Shown: piece after piece, positions 43,049-53,843 of the stretch
Position numbering within the stretch: position 1 is the stretch's first letter
How the letters are laid out: each line of letters starts with the position of its first letter
Source of the DNA: Methanotrichaceae archaeon
GTDB taxonomy: Archaea > Halobacteriota > Methanosarcinia > Methanotrichales > Methanotrichaceae
DNA: 64,000 nt
Assembly (NCBI GenBank): GCA_963813075.1
Contig: CAWEXU010000030.1
Span: 1-64,000 of the forward strand
Reading direction: 5' to 3'
Position numbers and translations under genes: made by a program
The notes under the pieces: generated by a model
Database searches by the model: none
What the model was told of the DNA's origin: nothing
What the model saw: only the letters and a program-made list of their open reading frames with translations

Positions 43049-44054
43049 ATGGACACCAGAAAGGTGCAGAGGACAGGCAAGTCCACATTTCATCGTCTCC
43101 CTCCCAAAAACCTGGGCGACGAAGAACGGGGTTGCCGCCGGCTCAATAGTCTACATCAACCAGGGTGATAATGGAGCCTTAACCCTATCCACCGATCGCT
43201 CGGAGAGAGATCTGCGGGTGAAGCTGGATATAGGGGAGAAGACTGGTGATGATCTGGTCAGAGATATCATTGGATGTTATGTTGGAGGCTACAGGATCAT
43301 CGAGGTCACAAGCCAGCATATGTCCCCTGCCCAGAAGAAGGATCTGCATCAGATAGTGAACAAGCTGATCGGGCCGGAGATTTTAGAGGAGACCATCAAC
43401 AAGGTGGTCATTCAGGACCTTTTGAGTTCAGAGGAGCTTCAGTCCGAAAAAGCCCTGAGAAGGATCAGGACGGTGGTAAAATCCATGATCCATGACTCTT
43501 TTGCCAGCCTATTGAATAACGATGAGGATGAACTGGCATTGGACGTGATCCAGAGGGATGACGATGTGGACAGGCTCAACCTGCTCATCTCCCGCCAGTT
43601 CACCGAGATCCTCCGGACCGGTTCGGTCAAGCAGGAGACGCAAAATCCCATTCATGCATTCAACTACATGCAGGCGGCTTCTAACCTGGAGCGCATAGCT
43701 GATCACGCTCACCGGATAGCCCAGATAGCCAGAGAGTACAACTGCACCCTGGGCGATGACCTGAAAGAGGAGCTCCTGGAAATGGAGGGCCAGTTGTGCG
43801 GGTTTATTGACGACTCCATTACTTATTTGCTGCAGACCAATTCGGACAAGGCCAATGAGATGATAGATATGATCCGGGAGATTCAAAAGAAAGCTGCACG
43901 GATAGCCGTGGCCTCGGATAATCTGGAAAAATCGGAGATGCTCGAGAGGCTGGTCGTGGCTGCGAGCCTGGAGAGGATGTTCGACTACATCATGAATATT
44001 GGCGAGCTGACCATCAACCTGAGCCACGCTACCAGGCAGGCAGAGAAGGTATGA
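43049..44054 (+). CDS. AbrB-PhoU fusion phosphate-uptake regulator (frameshift near 43091)
   Basis: MDTRKVQRTGKSTF/IVSLPK.W N-terminus followed by two PhoU repeats (DDDVDRL, LERIADHA). Confidence 0.9.
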
Positions 44055-44271
44055 TGCCACGCTCATGATCCGCAACCGCTGTTGATATTTAGCATATTTT
44101 TTTAATTAAATTGGATTGAATCCGTGGAATTTTGCAGATCTTAGATTCATTTCGGAATACAGTAGAAAAGATACTTATACAAGTATAGCATTATTATTGA
44201 TAACAATTCAAGATATCATTGATTTGCAGGAAAGAATCACTGCAGCTTATTAAGATTGAAGAGGCGTCTTA

Positions 44272-45204
44272 ATGAAAGAAATCCTGGCACTATTGCTGAT
44301 TCTTCTCATTCCCTTCTATGGATTAGCATCTTCAGAAAGCTGGTATGGATATGTAAATACTACAGAAGATAGCTGGAGCATCTACCGGCATAGCAATAAT
44401 ATGAGCTTCCAGATTGAGCAATACGTTGAAGGAAAAATTCAACCTTTCGAAGGGCCAGGGGGCAGAATTATGAGCCCATATATCTCATGTTTTGAGGATG
44501 TAGAGCTCAATGAGGTAAGGCTTAAAGCCAGGACTGCGGCAGGGGAGGGCAGCTATAGCGCAGAGGATTTAATAGAGGTCAAAGCAGAGATTTTGTCGCC
44601 TGTGGGCCTGAACGTAGAGCAGTCTGCCGAATCTGGGATATATACAATAGACTTCATTGAGAAGTGGCCGGCAGAGGTTACCGCCAACCGGAATCTCGTC
44701 TATTCCGGCAAAGGCATTAATAATATGGATTTTATAGAAAATAATGGAGATTATGCCCGCACGAATCTGCTCTATAACAAAAAACTATCAAAAGATCTCT
44801 CCTCAGGAATGACCCTGGACAGGATGAATGCCACGGTCATCGCCACCGATGAAAATATAATTCTTGCCGAAGAGAAGGCCACCAGGGATCTTAGCTTCGA
44901 TATATCGGCAAGCATAACGGGCATCGCCGACCTGAGCTATCAGCAGTGTGGGCCGGAACGGAAATCTGCCCCTCAAGTAGGCAGAGAGATTGTCAATAAA
45001 GGAGAGGAGAGATATCTGGGATCATTTAACATAAACAAGAGCATCCTCATGCGGTCCAATTTCGATAATTTCAGGTCGGATGAAGGCGGGCTGAGCTGTT
45101 GCTTCCAGGGCTGGAGGGATACAAATCCGTTTGATAAGAAAGCATACAGCGCGGATGGAGTCTTTGATTGCACCTGTGACAGCAATGGAGGGATGAAAAT
45201 ATGA
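44272..45204 (+). CDS. Secreted hypothetical protein with a C-terminal Cys motif
   Basis: Signal peptide; ends with SCCFQGW.D..VFDCTC; paralogue at 50401-51216. Confidence 0.8.
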   Translation: MKEILALLLILLIPFYGLASSESWYGYVNTTEDSWSIYRHSNNMSFQIEQYVEGKIQPFEGPGGRIMSPYISCFEDVELNEVRLKARTAAGEGSYSAEDLIEVKAEILSPVGLNVEQSAESGIYTIDFIEKWPAEVTANRNLVYSGKGINNMDFIENNGDYARTNLLYNKKLSKDLSSGMTLDRMNATVIATDENIILAEEKATRDLSFDISASITGIADLSYQQCGPERKSAPQVGREIVNKGEERYLGSFNINKSILMRSNFDNFRSDEGGLSCCFQGWRDTNPFDKKAYSADGVFDCTCDSNGGMKI

Positions 45205-47021
45205 ATCTGAAAGCATTGATTGCTATGGTTTTTGCATCTTTTTTTATTGCCCAGGTAGCCGGGGAGATAGAGATAGGTCTAATACAGAATTATGCTGGTG
45301 TGCACAGTTCCTATGCATATAACGCATCCAAGACTGTATTATGCTCGCCTACTTCGGAGTGCGACTACACAGGTTATTATTATTGTCCCACTCTCGAGGT
45401 AAATCTGAGCTGCAATGAAATAATTTATGCCCCCGATCAGGGCTGCGAACCAAATTCTGATTGTTATGATAGCAGTGGCATATTTCATGAGGATTGGTGC
45501 TACAGATGTCCGGGAATGGGTTACTATTGTATTCGATGCGATAGAAGCATCCCTCCTGAGCTAAAACCACCTGTGCCAAATCCGCCGGAACCAAATCCGC
45601 CAGAGCCAAATCCACCGGAACCAAATCCACCCGAGCCAAAGCCCCAACCTGAAGCCAAGCCAACCCCACCTAAACCCGGGCCATGGATATGTCCCGATCT
45701 GCCCAAGCCAAAAGTCGTCGTACCGGGATTGGGAAACTGCACATTCGAGTCCCCCGAGCCCAGCAGCCTGATCAATACCTCTGAATGGGGAGAGGTACCA
45801 GCCGATCAGGTCCTGGTGGTGGCAAGGGAGGACTGCGACTATTGCATGGTCTGCGAGATAGCCGACGGCCTTAAGGGCGAGGTTGTGGGGTATATCGATT
45901 TCATCAACCTCTACCAGATTAAGACCAAATCCAAAAATGAGGCCGAGCTGAGGGACAACATCTCCCGGGCACTGGAAATTCCCTGCATAGAGCTGGCTTT
46001 TCCCCATCAGAAGGTGTTCCCGGAGAGTTCCCCCCTGGACGATCCCGTCTACTCAGAGGGCAGAGACAGAAGCTATCGGATAGTGGGCGTCCCGGAAGCA
46101 TGGGAGGCGATTAGAAGCTCGGGGCTTGATCTCTCTGAGACAAAGGTGGGGGTGGTTGATGACGGCCTGTACAAAGGCTATGGAGAGTTCGATGGAGTGG
46201 TTCATATCAATACCAGGAGCAACGGCTCACTGCTAGATAAGCCCTTGCCCAAATATCCAATTGCCGGCAGCCATGGCACGGGAATAATGAACCTCATCGC
46301 TGCCGATCCGGATAACGGCGGACTGGTGGGGATGGCATCAGAGCCTCTGAAAGAGAATCTGACCGTCTCGATGATCAATATGATCTCACCCATGTATTCC
46401 AAAACAGGCGATGCCTGGTACATGGGCTACCATGCAGCCCTCTTACATGCAGGCTTGGGCTCAGACATAATCAGCTTCTCCTACGGTAAAAGCCGGGCGG
46501 ACCCCGGAGCGGTCAACGCGTCTGCAGATTTCTTCCGGGAATTGCAGCAGGCATACCCGAATCATCTCTTCATCTGCTCAGCCGGAAACGATGGCATGGC
46601 CATGGATGGCAGCAGGCGTTTCCCCTACACCTATCATATGCCCAATATAATTACCGTGGGATGCATAAACAATAATGGCACCATCCGGAAGAACAGCAAC
46701 CGGAACAGCGACAACTTCGAGGTAACTATTGCCGCTCCTGGGGATCAGGCGGTCTGGGGCAGGGACAACCAGGGGAATATTGTAAACGAGGGCGGGGAGA
46801 CGAGCATGTCGGTGCCATTTGTGACCGCCACTGCCGCTCTAATACGTTCTCTTAATCCAGACCTGAACGCCTCAGAGATAAAAGCACTGCTGGTAAAGAC
46901 CGCCAGAGAGAAGATCGAGTTGGACGGCAGAGAGGTTGCAGCACCGGAGGAGGTCGGTGGCAGGGTGCTGGCAGCAGATCTGGCCGTTCAAGAGGTGATA
47001 GAAGAGCTGAAAGAAGACTAG
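45201..47021 (+). CDS. Secreted subtilisin-like (S8) serine protease with a Cys-rich N-domain and Pro-rich linker
   Basis: VGVVDDG, SHGTG, SAGNDG and GETSMS.P.V motifs. Confidence 0.9.
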   Translation: MNLKALIAMVFASFFIAQVAGEIEIGLIQNYAGVHSSYAYNASKTVLCSPTSECDYTGYYYCPTLEVNLSCNEIIYAPDQGCEPNSDCYDSSGIFHEDWCYRCPGMGYYCIRCDRSIPPELKPPVPNPPEPNPPEPNPPEPNPPEPKPQPEAKPTPPKPGPWICPDLPKPKVVVPGLGNCTFESPEPSSLINTSEWGEVPADQVLVVAREDCDYCMVCEIADGLKGEVVGYIDFINLYQIKTKSKNEAELRDNISRALEIPCIELAFPHQKVFPESSPLDDPVYSEGRDRSYRIVGVPEAWEAIRSSGLDLSETKVGVVDDGLYKGYGEFDGVVHINTRSNGSLLDKPLPKYPIAGSHGTGIMNLIAADPDNGGLVGMASEPLKENLTVSMINMISPMYSKTGDAWYMGYHAALLHAGLGSDIISFSYGKSRADPGAVNASADFFRELQQAYPNHLFICSAGNDGMAMDGSRRFPYTYHMPNIITVGCINNNGTIRKNSNRNSDNFEVTIAAPGDQAVWGRDNQGNIVNEGGETSMSVPFVTATAALIRSLNPDLNASEIKALLVKTAREKIELDGREVAAPEEVGGRVLAADLAVQEVIEELKED

Positions 47022-47071
47022 GAGAGAAGATGGGGCAGGCAGTGGCCTATCATGGCCTGCCCCAACTTCGG

Positions 47072-49108
47072 TTAACTCTTGCTCTTTTCGTCATCTCTTT
47101 TTCTCAGCTGCCGGTACAAGAGAATCAGAGAGAAGATGCTGATCAAGAAGGCGATTATGCCTTTTGTCGAGGAATAAACAGAGCGAACGGCATCTGTGAC
47201 TATCTCTTCAGAACTCTGTTCCAAGACTTTCACCACCACCGGCCAGTGAGTGAGATTCACACATTTGCAGTTATAAGGTGGTTTATCCAACTGAAGGTCC
47301 ACGGTCAAAATCAAAGTATGATTGCCTTCTTTTAAGGGGGTAACATACCACAGCCATAACGCAGGATCCTCTCCCAGTATCTGGGCATCGGGCCTCTTGG
47401 CCTGGATATCAAAACCGCTGTCGCATTCCAGCTTTACGACATACGTCAAGTTGGTCTTGGCATCGATATATCTGAACTTCACATCACCCTTTCCCAAGAG
47501 GCCTTCCACCAGTTTGGCGGTGTTCTCCCGGCCGATACGAGCATCAATCCACTCCCCCTGACCGGTTACCATGAACTCGGGTGGATTGAAAACCAGTGTG
47601 CCTGCCGCCTCCTGAGCAAAGTCCTGATATACATCGCCATAAATGGGCATTGGAATCCATGTGCCGGATGGCCGTTTTGCCTTGGATGACGAATCTAGCT
47701 CTCCCGGGTTATCCCCAGTCAATCCAACTTCGTCAATGCGCTCCTTTTCAGATATATTTATACCGATATTATCTGCAAATTCATTTCCCTCAATCCCCAC
47801 AACATCACGAGAATTATTCCTAAATGTATTATTTTGAATACGATTGTATTTTGATGAGACGAATTCCAGTGAAGTGTTAGTATTCCTAACCTCACTCTTT
47901 TCAAGTATATTACCGGCGGAATAGTAATATCTTACGCCAAGATCGCTCTTGCTTATATTGCTCTTTGATATAGTATTATTATTAGAGTCAGCTAATTCTA
48001 TCCCGCAATAGGTATTATTGCTTATATTGCTCTCGAATATGGTATTATTACTGGAGTCAGCCAATTCTATGCCACGCCAGTTATTATAAGATATAATCCA
48101 TCCAAGAGAGCTGTTGTTTGAAGAACTGATTCGGACCCCTGCACCTGGAAAATAGTCGTCATTTGATGAGTTGATGGTTATGATGCCCTCCAGGATGACC
48201 TGATCGGCAGAGATCTCAATGGCATTTCCCCTCCGGCTGGCATCTATAATTGGAAGCCCTCCCCCGGCATCCACTCCTTTGAGGGTCATGGGCTTGTCGA
48301 TCTGGAGGCTCTCGATGTAAGTTCCGCTGTTAACCTCTACAATGCCTCCCGGAGCAAGATCATCAATGGCTTTCTGAATGCTATCCCCGGCATTCACCAC
48401 GATCTTCGATTTTTTTTCCTGGGGGATATCGGGGCTTATCAGCTCGAATACATGCGCATCATATATGTGGACCTCCGGACTTCCAGATGATCTCGATATG
48501 GTTATGCGATTTTTCAGTTTAAGGTTGACATCTGTCCTGCCGGCCTCAAGAAATTCAGCATCGGTTATGTTGACGGGAGGATCACCCAGGTAAACTCTGG
48601 GGCTCTCGGAAAAGCGGGCACATACCTCTGCAATTGCCGCATGAGCCATCCTTGAATTGTTTTCTCTATGCATTGATGATGAATTGCCCTCAACTGGCCT
48701 GAGTGGCAGGGAATTCGAGGTCCCTTCTGGCATAGAGCGAGCACCTTCTGCAATTGTGCTCTGCATAATTGATTCGGAGGTCACACTCCTGGCTGCGAAG
48801 GAGGAGTTTTTTGGATTTTGGGTATTTTCAGCCTCACTCAAGAGGAAGTCAGGATAATTTATTTTGACGGCAGGATTGTCAGAATTAATCATGGGAGCCT
48901 GGGTAAACCTGGAGGTGATGCCAGCCATCAGCTCTTCGGACCTGGCCAGGCGGTGAGATTCAACTAGAGAGGATGGATTTGAGCCATCGATCGAATCCAA
49001 AGTGGATGCCTCATCCTCAAATCCATAATCAAGGCTAACGTTATCGGCTTGTGTATGAGCCGATGCCAAAAGGATAACAAAAATAATTATCCCAATGATT
49101 AGCCTCAT
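47072..49108 (-). CDS. NosD-like parallel beta-helix surface protein with a C-terminal TM anchor
   Basis: SIQKAID..G..VEV.SGTY.E; GIELADS.NNTI repeats; signal peptide and C-terminal TM helix. Confidence 0.85.
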   Translation of the reverse strand: MRLIIGIIIFVILLASAHTQADNVSLDYGFEDEASTLDSIDGSNPSSLVESHRLARSEELMAGITSRFTQAPMINSDNPAVKINYPDFLLSEAENTQNPKNSSFAARSVTSESIMQSTIAEGARSMPEGTSNSLPLRPVEGNSSSMHRENNSRMAHAAIAEVCARFSESPRVYLGDPPVNITDAEFLEAGRTDVNLKLKNRITISRSSGSPEVHIYDAHVFELISPDIPQEKKSKIVVNAGDSIQKAIDDLAPGGIVEVNSGTYIESLQIDKPMTLKGVDAGGGLPIIDASRRGNAIEISADQVILEGIITINSSNDDYFPGAGVRISSSNNSSLGWIISYNNWRGIELADSSNNTIFESNISNNTYCGIELADSNNNTISKSNISKSDLGVRYYYSAGNILEKSEVRNTNTSLEFVSSKYNRIQNNTFRNNSRDVVGIEGNEFADNIGINISEKERIDEVGLTGDNPGELDSSSKAKRPSGTWIPMPIYGDVYQDFAQEAAGTLVFNPPEFMVTGQGEWIDARIGRENTAKLVEGLLGKGDVKFRYIDAKTNLTYVVKLECDSGFDIQAKRPDAQILGEDPALWLWYVTPLKEGNHTLILTVDLQLDKPPYNCKCVNLTHWPVVVKVLEQSSEEIVTDAVRSVYSSTKGIIAFLISIFSLILLYRQLRKRDDEKSKS

Positions 49109-49411
49109 GAAATCAATCCTTCACTATTAATTTTATCCATTAAACTATATAGGAGTTGCGCAGTCGATTCAGATAAGGCCAATATAATTTATAAATTTAG
49201 AATATATTTCTGACTAATAACTGTCGTGAAAACATATTATCGTTAACTTTTTTCGTTTGTAATATGATGTGCCAGAGGACTATGACCGGGAAACAACCAG
49301 TGGCCATTAAATCAGATTGAATTCAAGCTCATTTTTGCGGCCTTCGCGAGAGCATCTGGCATCTGGTGCTCACTGCAAAGGCGAAGATGCCACCCGAGAT
49401 CTCTTTTATAT

Positions 49412-49864
49412 TTATACCAGATCTTTCGACTTCCTTTTCTCCAGGAGCAGCATCTTCTCTTTAGTATCCAGGCCCCAGGCAAAGCCGCCCAGGCCGTTCC
49501 TGGCAACAATGCGGTGACAAGGAATGATGATGGGAAAGGGATTGGTGGCCATGACCTGACCCACCGCTCTTGCCCCCTTCGGGCATCCGACAAGAAGAGC
49601 AATCTTTCCATAGGTCACAGTCCTTCCCCGCTCGATCCCCCGGACCGCTGAATATACCCTCTTCTGAAAATCGGTGCACCCGGATAGATCCAGCTTCAGA
49701 GAGGGACAGGGTGCGCCCCCCTCCAGGTGAGCGGCAATTCTCTCTGCCAGAATGGAGGGCTCGTCCGGTTTATCACGGGAGAAATAGATCCGTTTGACCT
49801 TTTGCCCCGCGCACTCCACAATGAGGTAAAGGTCAAGAGCAGCGACAAAAGTACCGTTTGTCAT
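49412..49864 (-). CDS. ogt: Methylated-DNA--protein-cysteine methyltransferase
   Basis: TYG.IA, ARAVG and NP.PIIIPCHRIV. Confidence 0.92.
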   Translation of the reverse strand: MTNGTFVAALDLYLIVECAGQKVKRIYFSRDKPDEPSILAERIAAHLEGGAPCPSLKLDLSGCTDFQKRVYSAVRGIERGRTVTYGKIALLVGCPKGARAVGQVMATNPFPIIIPCHRIVARNGLGGFAWGLDTKEKMLLLEKRKSKDLV

Positions 49865-50391
49865 CCCTTGATGATCTCCCGGTAGGTCTTGAACCGGCCC
49901 AGCTCAATTCTCTCCACCTCCAGGCTGGATGTGTCCAGGACGGCCACGGTGGAGCAGCCGGTCAGGTGGCCCCAGATCTCGCCCGGGTTGACCAGCAGAG
50001 TCCTGCCATGACGGGATACCTCGAACTGGTGATTGTGCCCCCGGACCAGGACATCATAGATCTGGGATGCCAGCACCGCCCTCACCAGAGGCTCTTGTGT
50101 GCCGTGCATCAAGGCTATTCGCAGTCCATCGGCCTCGACCTCTCCGAAGTCCCCCAGGTACTCCCCGCCCACCCGGGCAAACTCACTGAATAGGCCCACC
50201 CGGTCTCCGTCGTTGTTGCCATACACCAGCTTCAGGGGTATGTTCAGGCCCTCGAAGGTATAGCAGTTGCCTGATCCGATCATATCTCCAGCGAATAGGA
50301 TCATGGACACCCCCCGGGAGGAGAAGGCCCGCAGTGCATCCTTGACACCCTGAAATTGGTCATGGGCATCGGACATAATACCAATCAGCAT
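49861..50391 (-). CDS. YfcE-like metallophosphoesterase
   Basis: SDAH, GD, GNND, HG, GHNH and NPGE motifs. Confidence 0.9.
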   Translation of the reverse strand: MLIGIMSDAHDQFQGVKDALRAFSSRGVSMILFAGDMIGSGNCYTFEGLNIPLKLVYGNNDGDRVGLFSEFARVGGEYLGDFGEVEADGLRIALMHGTQEPLVRAVLASQIYDVLVRGHNHQFEVSRHGRTLLVNPGEIWGHLTGCSTVAVLDTSSLEVERIELGRFKTYREIIKG

Positions 50392-50400
50392 AAGATCTCT

Positions 50401-51216
50401 TTATGCCATACGGGTAGCATTCTTATTGGTTGCGCTCATGTTTATGGCGGCAACCAGGGAATAATCCCCAAAGAAGGTCTCTTCGCCCCGGCTCAGAATG
50501 GTGGTCATATCGGATGCCGTTCTGGCATATGATAATTCGGTCTGGCCGGAACAGAAGGCCTGGATGCTGTAGTTCAGCTGCTTGGTGGGAAGGAACTGGA
50601 CCTGCAGCACATCGTCCTCATCTGCGAGCAGAGATATGTTTGTCCTCTCCAGATCCATACTGTATCTCCTGATGCTGGAAAGCTCCGGAGAGCGGCTAAA
50701 TTTCGTGGCCGCCCAATCCAGGTTATTCCTGGAGAGGTCAAGATCGTTGATCATCGTTCCATGGTATACGAGGGCCCTTTCGGATTGAAAGTGCACCGGC
50801 CAGACCTCAGTGAAGTTGAACTCGAAGTAAGGAGAGCCGGAACGCTTTATGATCTCCCGAACTATCGGCTCATCCGCGGAGGCGGAGATGTTGGTGTACT
50901 CTTCCGATTTTATCTCACCCTCAAGAGCGCTCCGCCTCTGCTTCACTCCCACGCTGTTCAGGTCAATATTCACATATCGAGAGTGGATTCCATCCACCAT
51001 CGTGCCCCTGGGCGTGGCCTGGATCCCGGTAATATTTCCGCTGCAGTAGTCCTCGTAAGTGAAGTTCATGGTCAGGCTGTCCCGGTTGATCTCCCAGCTG
51101 CCCACGCTGGCATACCAGGATACGGCATGGACGGGAGGAGCTCAGGAGTAAGAATAATAAAAATACAGTAATAAAAAAGTGAATAATACCAGAAATAAAA
51201 TATTATAGATATTCAA
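50401..51216 (-). CDS. Secreted hypothetical protein, paralogue of 44272-45204 (5' end frameshifted, start approximate)
   Basis: SWYASVGSWEINR.S..M.F..E.Y..G.I and F.F.EVWP align with the paralogue; the signal peptide is in shifted frames. Confidence 0.7.
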
Positions 51217-51383
51217 TATGTTCAAAATGGCAGATTTCGCCCTAGCATAGTGAATATTAAAAAGATTTTCTGCCATTTCCTCAAATGCGGACGGCATGAA
51301 AGCAGTGCTGCGCTTCCATGCATCATCAATTAGAGGACTATACGGATGGAAACCGGCGCTCAAGCTGATCTCATCTCAACATC

Positions 51384-52112
51384 TTATTCCTTTTTGTCGT
51401 CTTCATCCTTGTCGTCGTCATCCTTGCTCTTGCTCACCACGCTTGAGATCTTCGATTTCTTCTCCATAACTGTGGCCGTCGTCTTTACATCCAGTGCCTT
51501 TGAGGAGTAAATCAAGCCTCTGGATTTCTGGGCAGAGATCTCCCTTTCCGCTTCTGCGAAGACGGCAAACCTGGTCTTCGCGGGAATTGTTGCCTTCTGA
51601 TCGGCAACGACCTTCTCATCGGTGGCATCGCCATAGCTCCGGTAGTTATTTAGGGAGCCGGACTCGATCTTCAGCCCTACCCTTGCCAACTGCCCCATGG
51701 AGTTCCAGGCCTCGGTATAGCACGCGATGAACTTGCCCTGGTCCACATCCAGCGACTGGGATACCCGGATTCTGTCCTTCTCTTGCTTTTCGATGTCATA
51801 GCTATGAATAAATTCTTTGCTATCCTGCATCGTGGCATTCAGATGGACATGCTCACCCTTGTCCAGGGAATCAAAGGTCTGATCAAAATCATAGGCTCCA
51901 CTGCCTTTGAAGGTCATGCTGGTTGCATGGCTTTCAGGGGATGCCTCTGTGCTGCTATACATTGAGCTGTCCAAAGGAGCAGTCAATTTGACGTTTTCGG
52001 AGGCACCATTTATGCCATTTGATGTGCCCATTGAGAAATTCAGGCCGTATGCTCCAGTAAGGAGGAGTAGAAATGCCGATATCAGAGCCATGCTTATTTT
52101 TAATCCATCCAT
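51384..52112 (-). CDS. Secreted hypothetical protein
   Basis: Signal peptide MALISAFLLLLTGAYG; charged C-terminal tail. Confidence 0.75.
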   Translation of the reverse strand: MDGLKISMALISAFLLLLTGAYGLNFSMGTSNGINGASENVKLTAPLDSSMYSSTEASPESHATSMTFKGSGAYDFDQTFDSLDKGEHVHLNATMQDSKEFIHSYDIEKQEKDRIRVSQSLDVDQGKFIACYTEAWNSMGQLARVGLKIESGSLNNYRSYGDATDEKVVADQKATIPAKTRFAVFAEAEREISAQKSRGLIYSSKALDVKTTATVMEKKSKISSVVSKSKDDDDKDEDDKKE

Positions 52113-52411
52113 TAAAATACCTCTCCGTTTTGCTTGAAGCCTCAAGTTGATAAATTTTTCCAACCTTAATATAGGAATTTCGATCAGTAACACCAGACAT
52201 AACCTCTTAACAAGCAATTTGCTTAATTCAATAGATTAAAATCATCATTTACTCTGCTAATTTACAGATTTTACGTCTTTCTGAGGGACAATATACCACA
52301 AATCTTCGCTCATTGTGATAATTTTTTGACTGTAGTTCTATGATTATTACCGGCATCCACAGTCATTTGTCCGAAAGAGCTAAGTACAAGGAGTAACCTG
52401 GTAGCGAGAGG

Positions 52412-52519
52412 CCCGCCTTAACTCAGCCTGGTAGAGTGCGCGGCTGTAGTATGTCTCGCACCGTAGAGGTGCTACGCGCAGTCACCGCGATGTCCCCGGT
52501 TCGAATCTGGGAGGCGGGA
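52412..52519 (+). tRNA. tRNA-Tyr(GTA) with a 34-nt intron (52450-52483) at position 37/38
   Basis: CCCGCCT acceptor stem and CTGTAG anticodon loop; bulge-helix-bulge with a CTGT/GCAG central helix. Confidence 0.93.
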
Positions 52520-52527
52520 TCTGTTGT

Positions 52528-52600
52528 GTCCGGATGGTGTAGTGGCCCATCATGAAGGCCTGTCGAGCCTTCGACCCGGGTTCGAATCCCGGTCCGGGCG
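52528..52600 (+). tRNA. tRNA-Asp(GTC)
   Basis: Cloverleaf GTCCGGA..CTGTCGA..GGTTCGAATCC..TCCGGGCG followed by a T-rich tract. Confidence 0.96.
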
Positions 52601-52821
52601 TTTTATTATCTTTTAGGGTTCCTCTGTTGTATCGAGTGGTAATAGATCATCAAGTTCTCTCGTGATTTCCCAGAGGTACACAGAGTGCGTACGGAGACGG
52701 ACTAAACGGCAGACCATAGTAACCTGATTTTAGCCCACAAGAAACAGCGAAGAGCCTAAAAAAAGTGTGCGTTCAGATGATTTTTCTCCGAGCTATTTCC
52801 CGCTAGTTCACTTATCCACCA

Positions 52822-53750
52822 CTACTTTCCTTTGCCCTCGGGCTTAACGATGACGGTATAAGTCACGTCCTGTAGAAAGACGAAATCGGGTTCATCATCT
52901 TCACCGGGTATTTCCAATCTCGATGCATAGTGAATTATATGCCTGCCAGGAGTCAGCGGTGGCAGCAACAGATAATAGCCATCTGCCGCCGACATGCCCC
53001 TCGCACCCTCGCCAGCACCAAGAATGTTATCTGCAGGAAGTGGCCCGATATCAAAGACTTCGGAAGTCGCACCGTATTCCTCCAAATTCTCTATGTCTAT
53101 ACCGTCAACTGTAGCTGACATTTCTGTGACATATTGGGGAAAGGATTGAGCGTAGCTTTCCAACTCCTCCTCAGCTATCCCCTCAATGGTGGAGCCTTCC
53201 ACATTGAACAGTGGCATGAAGAGCTTTGTCCCAGGAGGAATGGTAATTTCGCGATTGGGCACATTTACGATGTACTCTCCTCCGGCCCCATCTCATTGAC
53301 AACGCCCGACCCAATGAACCACACCTTCCCCGACTGCCCCTCGCTTCCATCCGCGGTATCATAGAGCGGATGCTCTGTAACCGGCATGGACATAGACCAT
53401 TTCCACCATTCAGCGCTCAACTCATCATACGTCTTTGAGTTGGGCGACCTGATGCCTGAGCCCGGGTTGGGATTGCCTCCTCCTTCGTTTGCATCTAACG
53501 CATCCGCTGTCGGCAGGTCATCTTCAGGCGTTGCTATAGTTTCCATATCTTCTCCCAGTCCCGGTGCGTCCTCAGAGTCAAAAGACGCGGATTCTTCCCC
53601 CGGCACTGATTGCGGTTCAGATACCGCTTCTGATTCATCGGAAGTATTATTTTCTTGGCCTGGTGCGTTCTCCTCATCCCCAAAAGATACTGCTGCATGA
53701 GCCGCTAAGGCCACAACCAAGAACAGTATGATATGCCATTTTGGTTGCAT
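52822..53750 (-). CDS. Secreted hypothetical protein (frameshift near 53264)
   Basis: Signal peptide and acidic linker; WWKW..S.P...HP..D..VWF continues into REITIP....LF.P.N and ADGYY.LL.PL.PG.H in the next ORF. Confidence 0.75.
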
Positions 53751-53843
53751 ATTTTCCACCTTGATATCAAGTGGCATTCTTAACTATAAATAATGAACTA
53801 TATTCTTCTGGCTTGTCCCGGAGGAAGGCCTGGGGAGCGACTG

